DNA of 64,000 nt, taken from positions 16,864,001 through 16,928,000 of the forward strand of contig OZ059894.1 of the NCBI GenBank assembly GCA_964057225.1, written 5' to 3'. Position numbers and translations under genes: made by a program. Position 1 is the first letter of the stretch; each line of letters starts with the position of its first letter. Positions 29,044-42,929 of this stretch are shown here, piece by piece. A model generated the notes under the pieces. That model did no database searches. It was not told the DNA's origin and saw nothing but the letters and a program-made list of their open reading frames with translations. The stretch is from Auanema rhodensis. Lineage: Eukaryota > Animalia > Nematoda.

Positions 29044-32000
29044 TTATCGTGCACTCTTGATATGATCAATTGGATAATCACGTTCATGTGGAATCCATGG
29101 ATCACTGTGACGTCTGGATGTTATTGATGATGGTAAACTAAAATGTTGAGGATATACATCAGATGTTTCATCAATTATAGATTCAACACGAGCTGTTGTA
29201 GCTCGACTTTGTGCTGGACTGATAGAGAATACAGAAGATGAATCTGAACATTCTGTGAATTATGAGAGAATGAACTGTGAATATGTTCATTACCTCCACT
29301 TGTATCTTCATATTTTGGAGGAGAAGCTATAGGCTTAAGTGCATCCTCATATCTGGGAGGTATAGGAGATAATGGTGTTGAAGTTAACAAAGATGGATCC
29401 AAAACATATCCTGAAATTAAGAAATATTAATAAATAAAATATAAATATAATCTGATAAAGTTTCAATACAAACTATACGTAACTATTAATTTGTTTTTTT
29501 TATAATAAAAAAAGTACATAAATGGTCATATAAAATATGATTTGATTTGCTTTCTTTATCAATATCAGTTTAAGATCATTTTATTATATTATTTTATTAA
29601 ATTATATGATACATTCAAATAAAATAATATTGACTATCAGATATTTTTTTATATTTTATTAGCTATATTAATAGCATTATTATTATTAATTTTATATATT
29701 AAATTTGGTTTTTTTCATTCTTCATTCCTCTCATATCTTATATTTGATATTAAAACAATAAACACATCTCATTTATGAAACAATCAAGCATTTATAAGTT
29801 CTAAATAAACTTTAAAGTAAAACTTGAAATCTTTTTGTAAACTTTTTTGTTGCTCTATATCATCATCCTCATCGTCAAAATTTTTATAACAAAAGACAAT
29901 CAAATCGTTTGTTTATTCTTTACCATAAACAACAAAGGTCTTGAAAACATGAAAAGAACCCATTAGACAAGTTAATAGAATGACAAAAACCTTTGGCATA
30001 TGTTGTTCATTTACATTTTTTCTTAAATTTCAGTAACTATATACATATATATTCCTTATTATTATAATTATCATAATCTGACTTGAATGACTTTCTTCGA
30101 AAAATTGTATAAACTTGTGTGAAAATCTAATTCAAGCTTCAGCCTTAAATCTTCACATTCTTTCTTTTTTTTTTTAGAAAATGTGACCAACTCTGCATTC
30201 ACTTTTTAGGATTAATTTTAGCTAATATAAACATGTCTATTCTGTAAAACTCATCTGTCTATGCCATTCAACATGTTTTTATGTCAACTTTACCATATAA
30301 TGTCATAAACAAACATGACTATTGGAAGAGAAAGCTGAACAATTTAGGTTTCCTTGAGTATGATATGGACAAAATTTCATTTTGAGCTTTTCTCTAAACA
30401 CAAAATTTCTTCATTTCATATTTCTTTTTAGATTAAATTATTGAAACAATGACAAAATAGGTATAAATACGGATATGAATTGTCCGTAATCCTTATATTT
30501 CTTCTGGTTTTAACGTCTATTTCTAAATAGAATTTATGCCATTCATGTAACCGATCTTTTCGATAATAAATCCGGTTTTTGATCACAACGAATTCTATTC
30601 TTCAGACAAAAGTATTCAAGACTTGAGTATTTTAAACAAGATTTTCTTTTTAAAACAACTTTTGGTTTCGGCCAAGCCATCCTCTAATTTTCTGCAAAAA
30701 TTAGGAAAAAATGTACTTTTTTTTTATCTCAAAGAACATCTCATATATTGATGAGGTGTGTGCACATATATGTATTTTTTTGTATATACCTCACACCTTC
30801 AGCAATCTATCGTTCCCTTTCTCTCTCTTTGTCTCTCTCTCTTTCTCTCCTTCTCTCTCTCTCATCCTCTCTCTTTCCCTTCTTCCGTTTGGTATCTTTG
30901 GCACTCTGAATTGTCCTTTTCATCCTCCTGTAACTTTTCTCTATCACTAATTCTCATTTTGCAAAAGTTTGAATTGGCTATTCATTGAAAATTACTAATC
31001 ACCCTAATATCCAGTTCCTATCTTTATCGTGCCCGTGAACATCTATTACTATCTAAATCATCGAAAAACTACACTAATAGCTGTTTTCGAATTTTTTTGT
31101 CAGGTGAATGATATGAATTTGTCGGCATGATGTCAACTCTAAATGACAATTTACAATCATTTGTTTTTAAATATTTTTGTGAATTAAAGAATTATTTAGA
31201 TATGTATATATACTTTTATAATTACAAATTTCACTTTTAAGCTTCTAAATTATTTTTTGAAACCATTAAAGCTTTCTCCTTCAAGTTGCTCTGCTCTCCC
31301 TCCATAGTTTTTTCTTTTTAAAATAAAAATATTCTTGCGTATTTCATTCATATGTCATCAGCATCTTATTCTGATTGACATTCTGCTTTTGTGTTTTAAC
31401 TCCATTAAACGGGTCATCAATTCGTCTTTTTTATTCATTTTTTCATATAAAATGTATGTATTCATATTATAAAAATAGATTAAAATATGTTTTCCAAATA
31501 AAATATTATTAAAGAAGATTTGATATGAAAAAAAATTAAAAAAGCAAAAGATTCATAGATATATACATATATGTATGTATATAAAACGTCATCAGACACA
31601 AGAAATGTCCTTGAATCCAATTCTCATTCAGCCATTTTTCTTATTTTACTTGACATAACCATCACCTCCAATTTTAAATTTTAGCTCGCATATCTGAGAA
31701 ATGTTTTGAAACAAATTTTATTTGTTATAAATATAATTTAATATAATAATCTCATTAATTTTCTGAAAATCTTGTTAATTCTTAACTTTCGTTTCTTGTT
31801 TTCTTTAAAAATAGATAATTCTTCATTTTATATTCATTGAATCATGAAAATTCACTTCTTTCTTCAGTGATAATGAAAAAATATGTTGAATGAATACTTC
31901 ATGCTGATGTTGGGATTGCTTTTTCCGCTTAACAATACATTGCTCAGCATGTATCGTCTTGTTTGGTCATCAACTTTTTAATCTTTAAAACTTCTCTCAT

Positions 32001-35000
32001 TCTTACAATGACTATACTATGTTAGTGACGACCATGAGATTATTTCTTTGACTGCTCATGAAAAAACTCGAAACGTCTTCAAACAGACAATATGTGCCTT
32101 TTCTTCATTCACTTTTAGTTTTCATTGTTACCTCTCTCTCCCTCTTCCTCTCTCTCTCTCTCTCTTTCTCTTCTTCTTCTTCTTTCTCCCTCTGTCTTGA
32201 ACTGTTTGATATGATCACAATCTAGGAGATTCTTTTTAGCGAGCTTATTGTTCTTGCAAATTACACATTTTGCATTTTCTTCCTATTTCCACTGATGTAC
32301 GGAGATTTGTTTCCAGGAAACGAATATTATCTCGCACGATGGTTCAATCCAGTTCAAATCGGCAATGCCAAATATAACTTTCAATGAAGAAATGCTTCAC
32401 AAAAATCAAGTTTTTTTGATTTAGCAGATGAAAACTATAAAATCTGGGAGTCACGACAACAGAATTTTGTGTATGTGCACGCTTGTTCTCCTTTTAGACT
32501 TCATCCACACTCTTTAGCTGTTTCAACGCACTTTTTCACGTTCTTTCATTCTCTCTTTTCTTCATATTTCCTCTATATATTTCCTCTTTCTCTCTTTTCT
32601 CTCTTACTTTCTTATACTGGTGGTCGTACTTTCTATTAGTTTAGTCATCATACTTTCCAACAAACTGCTTCATTATTTCTTTTTTAGTACGAAAATTTGC
32701 AGAATTTCAATCCACTTCAAGCATATACATGTACATACATCTAGATGTATGCATGTACATACTATATATGCACATTTCATGTATTCCAACAACTCCTCTC
32801 ACTTTAATGACATTAAACGAAATGTGTTTTCACACATTAGTTGACCTCGGTCAGAAGCTTTTCATATTATATATACAGATATATATTAATATAATATAAT
32901 CTTATCTATTTTTGTCTGTCAACTTATACGACGACCTCGATCACTCAAATTTTTTTTATCATTTTGAAGCTTTAATAAACTGATTACGTATAAGTATACT
33001 GAATTTTGTTTTCTGTTTTCATTTGGTTCTTCTTATGAGAAAATCTTTGGAATAGTCAACAATATTTTTGTTAAATTTTGAAGAAATAATGAAGATCTTT
33101 GAGGATATAAAACTTTGAAAAGTTTATTTCATACACTCAAACTTTCATTAATTTAATCTAATATAAGAATATCGTTTTATTTTCTTTTTTTAACGTTATT
33201 AGTTCAAATTGTTATCTCTCAATTGTAAGATAAAATCATTCGTTTTGAAAACTTGCTAAGTAAATTTAATAGTCAACCATTTAATCAACATTCAAAGAAA
33301 AGTTTTAAAGTTTAATCGTTTTACGTTATATGCAATTCTGACACTAAATATGCCACGACCTTATTTCATCTCTTTTTCCCTATTTTTTTGTTATAAAATT
33401 TCTTTCTATTGTCCTTTTTAACCTTTTTTGGCACAAATAGAAAAATATGATCATGAGACCGTATCAATTAGATTATTAACTCTCATTAGAAGCTACTTAT
33501 TGTTGTTCTTTATGCTATCAATATAAGAATTTACGAACATAGACTCGCACTTTTGATATTACTTTCTCTTCTTATATCAATCCAAGAAAACTATAATTTT
33601 TATGATTTTTCCAATATATAAAACTAGAATTAAAAGTCTATGTTTTAATACTTTCACAACATTTTTGAAATCAAATTTAGTTAATCCCTCCTCACTATTG
33701 TCGTCTGTCTCTGTATTTTAATCTCAATCAGCTTGTGTGTTTCTATATTTACAATTACATTCATCTTCTCTATTCTTGTCTACGATATAATTAATGACAT
33801 TTTGCTGCTCATCTGTCCGATATAACACGATGTTGAATAAGAGCAAAGTCTTGTTCAAATGACCATAAGTGAGACATCATTCAAACGCGATGATGCTGAA
33901 TTTGAAGAAGATAATGGTCAATTAATGACCTCGAGACTTCTAATTGTTGTCTCCTATGCGAGCTAGATGAAGATAGATGAACAACTTGAAACTCATTTCA
34001 AGCATCATACCAATACCGTACGATTTTACTCTTTAATGCGATTCCACGCTTTTCAACAGTTTTTCTTGTTGATACAAGGTTGAAGCAGTTCATGCGGAAG
34101 AGCTGATAATTCGTGTTGCAACAGCACTTTATCATGTGTTACCTCTTCCATATATTACTGAACGAACAATAAAAGCATAATGTGCATACGTAACCGATTG
34201 CAGAAACTGCCCATCGAATTTGGTAATTTCTACAAAAGTGTTCTCATTATCTTTACAGACTTTGTATTCTTACATCAAACATATTTAAGTTTTCACCTTT
34301 TTCTAATTTTAAATGAATGATGTAAAAAACGTGACAATTGAACAACACATTTTTTGAACGAATAATGTTATTTAATAACTTTTTCTGAAACATTTTTCAG
34401 TTTATAGTTGTGATATTCTTTATTTTCTTTTAAATTTTAACTCTAAATTTGTACTTTTGTTGAAAACACTTGAAGAATCAAGAGTTCAGTTCAGGAAAAG
34501 ATGATAAAATCAAAGTATTTTCGTCTAGATTGCTCGTGATTACCCATCATTAGAAAAAAATGTCACATGTTACTTTCGGTAACCATATGTATGGCACATT
34601 CAAACATTTATTCATATGCATGCATTCAATTCATGTGTCTTCCCCTCTCATTCTAAAATCTGTGTTATTTGAATTTTTGAAGATAAAAGCCGTTCTAATA
34701 TATTTCAAATAATAAAAATAATAATATATTTTTTATGTATAATTATAGCTGATGAAGCAGTCCAGTCATCGGCCAAATTTGATTGATCAATTACTTGCCC
34801 CCCCCCCCCCCCACTCTCTCTTGTTCTACCCGATAAGCTGCTATTGTGTTGCTAAGGCTCCGATGACCTTCAGCTACAATTTTATTTTGATTTTAACTAA
34901 AATCATTGTAATGCCTTAAGGTTGATCAACAGCATCATAAGATATTCTTCTGTACATCACGTGCCCTCAAGATATGAATGTGTTTCACGTGAAATGGAAA

Positions 35001-38000
35001 ATGCCATTTGTAATTTTCTTTTGACTGTGAATGGTTGCATATTTTCTTTCGGGTTCCATTCTTTCATAACATTCATTCTCTAAGTCTTAATAGTACCAAA
35101 ATTTTTCTATTTGTGAGAATTTCGGATTTATTTTGTCTGAAAATGACATATTAGAATATGTAGAGAATCATTAATTCTCATGAAGTGGCTATTCACTATT
35201 TCACATGGCTATTAGTTCATTTGTCATTATTATAAAAGATAATTGCAATCTGCTCTGTCATATACTTTATTCTCTCATTTTATATATTTCAGTCTTTATT
35301 CGTTTTGAACAAGAGTTTGAGCCAAATCAGAAATGAAACTGAGATTATGAGAAGAAAAGAGATTAAATACATAGCGTAGTAGAATAGATGACCTCGAAGT
35401 GATATCAGAAGGCAGATGTTGGCTATCTTCAGATATACATCTTTCACTCACATGTTCTATTCGTTGTATTCTGCTCTTATCATATCTATTTTTTATTATT
35501 TAAGCTATTGAAGACAAGTCAGGTACACGTGCTTGTAAATGCATACATACGCATATGTGAATGTTTAAATGAAAAACAAATCAACTACCCAAAAAAGTAA
35601 AACGAAAACTCTCCACCATTTCCGTGAAGCTTGGCACTTTGTTATTTCAGTTTTTCTCTCTTCTTGTTACTTTTCTCTATATTTTCTTTGCATTTACCAA
35701 TCGTCACCTCCGGAGTTAGTAAACTCAATTCCGGGTTCTTTTGTTCTTTTCCAAATAAAATGTTCCATTAACTTATTGAGAAGCAAACTCGCACTTTTTT
35801 GTATAAAACTTTTACAGATTATGGTACTGCCTTTTTTAGCTTCTTAACTATGCTTTCTGTATCTCATATTCCTTTTTTTTTCAATTTCTTTTCTTTCCAT
35901 TCAGCTACTTTACACATACTTCTCACGCTATTTTCTTATTCATTCTAACTAGCAGCATGTTTCTAACTCCTATCAGTATTTTTCGCAAGAATATTCGGTA
36001 AAACTTTCTTTATTTATTATCTAATCTTTGTAACAAAACAAAATCTTGATACATTTTCTCTTACATTTCGTAATGACTTCTACAACATTTATTTGGAAAG
36101 CTAGCTTTATGAGGTATTTGGGTAGTGGTGCAAAGAACTGATTCCAATAATAGACTAGTTTGTTCTTCTTTCAATTTCCTCTAGTTTACAAAGTTCAATA
36201 GTACATTTACTATTGAAAAGAAGAAGAATAATGAATAAAAACCAACATAATTGTATTCCTTAAACTTCCAACTCTCTATTCTTTTTAATATTTTCGTTTA
36301 GAAAGTATGAATTTCTCAACAATAATGAACTTTGAAAATATTCTTTGTGTCTTTTCTTTTCCTTCAAATTCAAAAATATGGTCTATGCTGTTTTCATTCT
36401 ATTTTCAACATTATCTTTTCACTTTCTGAATAATTTATCGTAATCTCATTTGCATTGTTTATCAGATGTCTTTTGTTGTTTATAGATTTTCGTTCATTTC
36501 GGACATCAAAAGTAGCTGCTTAATGGTATCACCATTACTATATCTTTCTCTCTTTCTCTCTCTCTTTGTCTCAATTTCTCTCTTAATCCTTTCCAATTTC
36601 TTATTCATTTACTCTCGTTATATCTATTTATTTCCCATGTCAACTAGACTGTCTTCTGATTAAAATGTCAAATAGGCTTAGCTAAAATCAAAACATTCCC
36701 AATTTTCATAAAATATGAATATATTCCTGTGTCCTATTCACTTTTTTTCATAAATGTTTGTAATTGACAAGCAAGTCGTATGTAAGTCTCAAGCTTTCAA
36801 GACTAATTGAAGCTTTCCAGCAGCACAGCAAGGGAAAAAAGAACAATAAAAGAATTTGCAATGAAAATCTTAGATTGAAGTTTCTTGCAGAAGTAACCTT
36901 TTACTTTATTTTCTCCAAAATATGTTAACAAATTTTGATTCTATTTTACAAGTTCCCGCAATTGAAAAGAATCGAAATTGTAATTATTCCATTTGTCATT
37001 CATTTCATGCAGCATCCTCCTATGACATACGTTCTAGAATATTCCCTAATTTCCTTATTAGCCTTGCTCTTCTCTTCTCCCCCCCTCTCCCATCTTGTCC
37101 CAGACAGACCATCTGTTTTCTTTATTTCAATCATCTAACTATTAAGATTTAATGGAAAAGCTATACACACATGTGTATATGTATGTATATATTTAGCATA
37201 GCATTACATACATGCACATATAACAGGCTCTTGTTTCTCTAAATTATAGAAAATTGCAAGAAACATATCATTTTCATTCATTTCTCGTCTTTTTTTTCTT
37301 CGATTATCCTATACTATCCCTACATTTAAATGCATTCTTATAATCAAAAAATCAACTGCAAAAAGCCTCATCTATCCAATTATCTTTAATCTTGGAACGG
37401 ATGTTATGCTTGAAAGCTTATCGTTCCCACTCTCCCCCTTTATAATCGCTTTACAATCCTATTTATTCATCATCTTTCTATATTATTTTCATTTTCAATG
37501 AAATAAATTGCAATTTGTCAATAGATATACATGCATTTACATCTAAATGTTGTATGTTTTCATATCACTGAAGCCCAAATGAAATAGAGAGACAGATTCA
37601 TTGGATATAGTACCTGTTTCCAACTTCCCTTTCATTATAATCCATTATCATTCTTATTATATCTTACACATCAAATTCAATATAAGATACATTTCCTCTT
37701 ACTATTCTCATAACCTTTCCTAATATTCTTTCTCGACAAAACCAAACATTTCTTCTTCCACTTTCTAATTATTTTAGTCTCTCACAATACACATACTTTT
37801 CGCAGATTTTTAGCAATCTATTTGAATCACTTTTTCTATATATTGATGTGGTAGAAAGATATAAGAAGGATTGAAAATCTTTTTGAAGTCAGAGGTGGAA
37901 TACATATCCCCGATGCCTCTGTTTCCTTTTTAAAGTTTCGAAAAGAAAAAGAGGAAGCGGTTTCAAGTCCTATGAACGGTTGACCAATTTCATTCAATTA

Positions 38001-41000
38001 CGATATATTGCGATCATTACTAAACATTTGTAGGAATCAAGCAATCTTTAGAAGTCATTTAATCATCTTTCACTTTCTATACGATTGTCGTTTTTACTTA
38101 AAACCATCAACAACCATTTGCCAGATAAGTTTCACGTAAATAGCACACGATGTTCATTTCACGTACATCTGAAGCTTTGAATGGTTGTGTTTTCTAAGCT
38201 TTCCTTTTATAATCTATTACCGCTACTACTATCGCCATATCTAATCGTTCTGCTCTCATGTTAAGACTTCATATGGCCATTTAATCCAAATCTGCCTGAC
38301 CTGCCAGTATTCTACATATATGAAATTCGTCTTGTCAACTAGTCATTCATCCAATAGCAGTCACTCAACTAAACTCTCAAACGCATGAGTCCTCCCAACA
38401 AAGCCAGTCAACCACTCATCCCCTTCATTCACCCTCAGACGTTTGTAACGAAAAGTTTCTTGCTGTACTCTGTTGTTTCAAGGCGATTCTGCTCAATGTC
38501 TTTAGATACATACATGACAGAGTTGTATAACTTTGATTTTTTTGGAATATTTTACGTTTTTTCTTTGACTCCAATTCAAATTGTGTTTTACAGTATCATT
38601 CATTTTCATTGTGACAAACAATTTTGAAATATCTGTTGTCACAATTGTTTCTTCACAACTAATTTCATTTTAATTTCACAACACTAATCATATAAATTTT
38701 AGAAATTATGTCGTTTCATGACCTTTTCACTAAGTTCATGACCAAAATAGTAGTCTTGACCTATACTTTGTGCCAATGACATCTTTAAATTCATAGTCGT
38801 TGACAATAACTTTATCAGTCTTTATCATTACTTTCCTCCTTCTCTTTTTCTTCAATTCATTAATTTTTTTTTGTTTAAAGATAAGTATTATAGAATGATA
38901 ATTTTAATTTGTTTTCAGGTAATCTAAACATGAAAATTGACTAATATTATTATATAAGATGATGTCTTTTTAGTATTTATTTGGTAAAAAATATATAACA
39001 AAGACACTTGTCATATTTGCTTCAATCTATCTCAAAACCATATACGGGAATGTGTGAGATCAATATATAAATCGTATAATTCAAAGAGAATTAGTGAGAG
39101 AAAGAATGAGAAAAGGTGAGATATATACATATGAGAAGAGAATGTTAGATGAGAGGAACTTATACGTAGTTCCAAAATTTCAAATCAAAAACCTATACTT
39201 TCAGTTATTTGAACAGGTGTGACGTCGTATAACTTCTAACCTACTACCTATATTACTTAATGTAATAAATATACCATATATATAATATTATATATATATA
39301 TATATTGATATAATTTGATTCATATCTTTTTGGAAAATATTTCTATTACTTTTCATATTTAATTATTCATTTAAAACATTAATTATATTTATAATATGTT
39401 CATATAAACAGCTGTTCATACACCGTTCATTTATTTATTTCTAAAAAACGACCAAAAGCTTGATTATTCTCTAGTTAGAATTAAACAAAAAAAGAATCTA
39501 ACTGTCTGGTGTCATGCTAATATCTAAACGTATCATCAATAATCTCATCTTTCTTCCTTCTTTTCTCGTTCTCCCTTCTGATGATCAGCCATATACTTCT
39601 TCTTCATCATCTATTCTTTAGCTAAATGTCCTATAGTGTTATCAAGACCATCCTTTCACACACACACCCTTTACATCCTACAATCTGATCAATGGCAGGC
39701 ATCGGTCATTAGGCCACCAGCAGTGCGGGAATAGCGGGAACCATTTAGCTATTCTCCTTCTTTCTCTCCAAAATGACACTCAAAGAGACATATCAGAGAG
39801 ACACATGCATTATGTGATTGTATTTATTTAATCCTTATTACTATATGATTTGTAGTCTTTAGCTATGCGTAAATTTTCTAATTATATCAAATACATCTAT
39901 AATCATAAATTCATTATATAAAATATATTTTCAAAAAAAAAAAATATTTTACATACTTGAGATATATTTTTTGACAAAAATTATATTTACTTTATATCTT
40001 TATATAAGAATATCTTTATTTATTACTTTATCGAATTACGGCATTTGAGATCTCCGTTACTGGTTCTTTACGTGAACCTTTTCATGCCTTTTTCGAAAAT
40101 GAAAACTATTAATGTATGCATGAGCTGATTCTAGAAATTTTCTTTTAAACAGATCTTTTCTCAATTTTTTACCTCATTCTCACTTTTCTTGTTCTCCTTT
40201 TATGACGATAAACCGGAACTCGGTCAGTCAACAAGTTGAAATGAGAGAATCGCAAAAATTAGAGAAGAAATCAAAAGAATATTTCATGAAAACTGAAAGA
40301 TATATAACATTAGAAAGCTTACAGTATTAACTGCAGATGTAAGAGATGTTAGGTTATGAGAAGACTAGAAGAAGAGAGATGAACGAAAATTTGGATAGCG
40401 AGAAGACAATTAAAACAAAGCTACATATGGTCGTCGTTTACGTTTGTCGGTCGGTTTGAATAATCAAACAGATTTTTCTCTGTTTCACTCAGAACAGTTT
40501 GTCCTTAATATCATAGAAAGAAAAGAGATGAGTGTGAATACAGTCTGTTTGTGTGTGTGTGTGTGTAATGGAGAATAACCGTGCTTAATGTTTTCTCTGC
40601 TCTCAATTCATTTTTCTTCTTTTTTTTTTTCAAATTTCTTCCCTGCTTTTCCACTTACGTAATTTGTATTCAGATGAAATGTAAAAGTTACAAATTTGTA
40701 CCAATTTTTCTCAAAAAAGAATATACGCCTATTCAACAATGCTAAACGAAATTGCAACCGTTCTACATGCCTATAGCATTAAAAATGACTTTTCAGATTT
40801 TTACGAGAAATTAGCATGATTATAGTATGAAAAATATGGCGGGAAATATAAAAAATATGTTATTTGCGGTTTGCTATAGGTTGTCAATATCATGACCCAT
40901 ATAAACATAGTGAATATTATGTGAAAGCTATTCTTTTACTGCCTATTGGCAATTACATATATCTAAACATTTCTATAAATTTTGTTGATAGTTATATATA

Positions 41001-42887
41001 TATATATATAATGTGCATAATTACATATATAAATGTATATATGTATATGTATATTAATTTTTCTTTTTCTATGCTTTCCTTATCAACTATTTTCATTATT
41101 TAAATTAATTCAATAATTGTATCATTTTTGTATTTGATTGTGAAATGTGTTGTTGAACCTTTTATTAGATGTCGTATATACTTCAATGACTTCTCACGCT
41201 TTTTTCTATTCTTTTCTCTTTGTCTTTCAAAACAGTTTGTTTTGTGCTGCTGCTATTGGTGCTGTCCACGAAATGTCCTTTATTGGCTCAATGTATTCTA
41301 ACTATGTTTATTTATCACCACCAAGCTCACTTACATCATCGTCGTTTAATTTTTATTGAAAACTCTCACCAATATCATTTACAAGTTTATAACTATACAG
41401 TGAGTCTATTTTAAAACTTTAAACATATGTATTCAGATGCATGTATATCATTCATTAGTATTCATTATCATCTCAGTTTATTGTTAGCTTCTCACGCGAT
41501 CAATGTTTTTATATTGTAGCTGAAAACTTATTTTCAATATTGTGAAAACGGTGAACTGAACATGTTACTAGGTGCTTAAGTGCATGTTGATGTTCAGTTC
41601 TTTGATTCAAGCCTGCAGGGCAAATGGGAAGTAGATGTCAGAATACAGATATACATGCATATATAGGTGGCTATGTATTGTCGAAATCAACATTCAATTA
41701 ATCAGAAGGCAGCCGAAAAAGGAAATTCATTCAATGTTTCTCTCAATCATTTTCTCTCTCTCTCTTTTACGCTTATTCTTTCTTGTCTTTCTCACAGTGT
41801 CGAAGACGATGACTTCTGTCACCACTCTCGTTGCTGGCGGCAATCGTTCTGTTTTCGCTTTTCACTCTTCATGTCCCTTTCTTCTCTTCTTAACTATATC
41901 CCTAGTCCAGGTTTACCCTCTGCTCCTCCTCTCTTTTCTACACAAGGAGGCGATCTGGCTGTTTTCAAACTAGAATTTTAATTCTTCGTTTGTCACATCT
42001 CTTTTCGAGTTTTCACCAGAAAATTACATCGAAGGCTGAAGCACGAGTATTTGATGCAGAAATCAAAACCTTGGAATGGTGGTTATGTGTCTATGTGTTT
42101 ATGGGTGTTGTTTTCCACCAAAGGATGCTAGATGATACTCCTATTTCGCATCCGTACTTTAACTGAACCAAGAGATCACATCTCATCATTTTTTCATTTC
42201 CAATTTTCTACTTGGACACAACTGTTTACGTCGTCAGAATATTTTTTATTTCCGCCTTCTTCATAATTCTAGGCGATTCGGCTTGTTTAATAGTGAGATT
42301 CTTTATCTATTAAGTCAGTCCGGAGCGTAGATTAGCTACTTTCACCTTCATCTAGCTGTCAAGTTTGCATTTACCTTTTCAAGATTTTTTCCCAATTCAT
42401 TTTATCGTCATCATCGTTTTATTCGATTTCTACCTGTCGTGTCATCAGCTAAATTAGTCATTTAACCATAAAACTTGAAGGTTTACCACTTATTCCTTTC
42501 ATTTCACTGATGTCCTCTCTCGTTTAACTACTTCTGTATCCTATCTTAAGCAATTCATTCTTCTTATTCGGTTTCTTTCTATGCTTTTGTCATCGCAGCT
42601 GGACACTCGGAACTACTTAAGAGTGTTTCTCGAGCTCTTCTTCATCTAATATCTCTTGCTCTCCTACTATATTCACAGTATTACCTTCTATTTCTTCCGC
42701 GTATCGTTCATCTTTCATTTTATTTCTACCTATCTAACAGTCTATTTCTCTTGTTTTCCCTCTCCACATTCAACGATTATTCATCTCATTTTCTGCTCAC
42801 ACCTTGACCTGGTCATCATCAACGTTATCGTCGTTTTCTCCAAAATTTGTGAATACAGCTTTTTACCAATTTTCATATGTAACTTAG

Positions 42888-42929
<42 letters not shown>

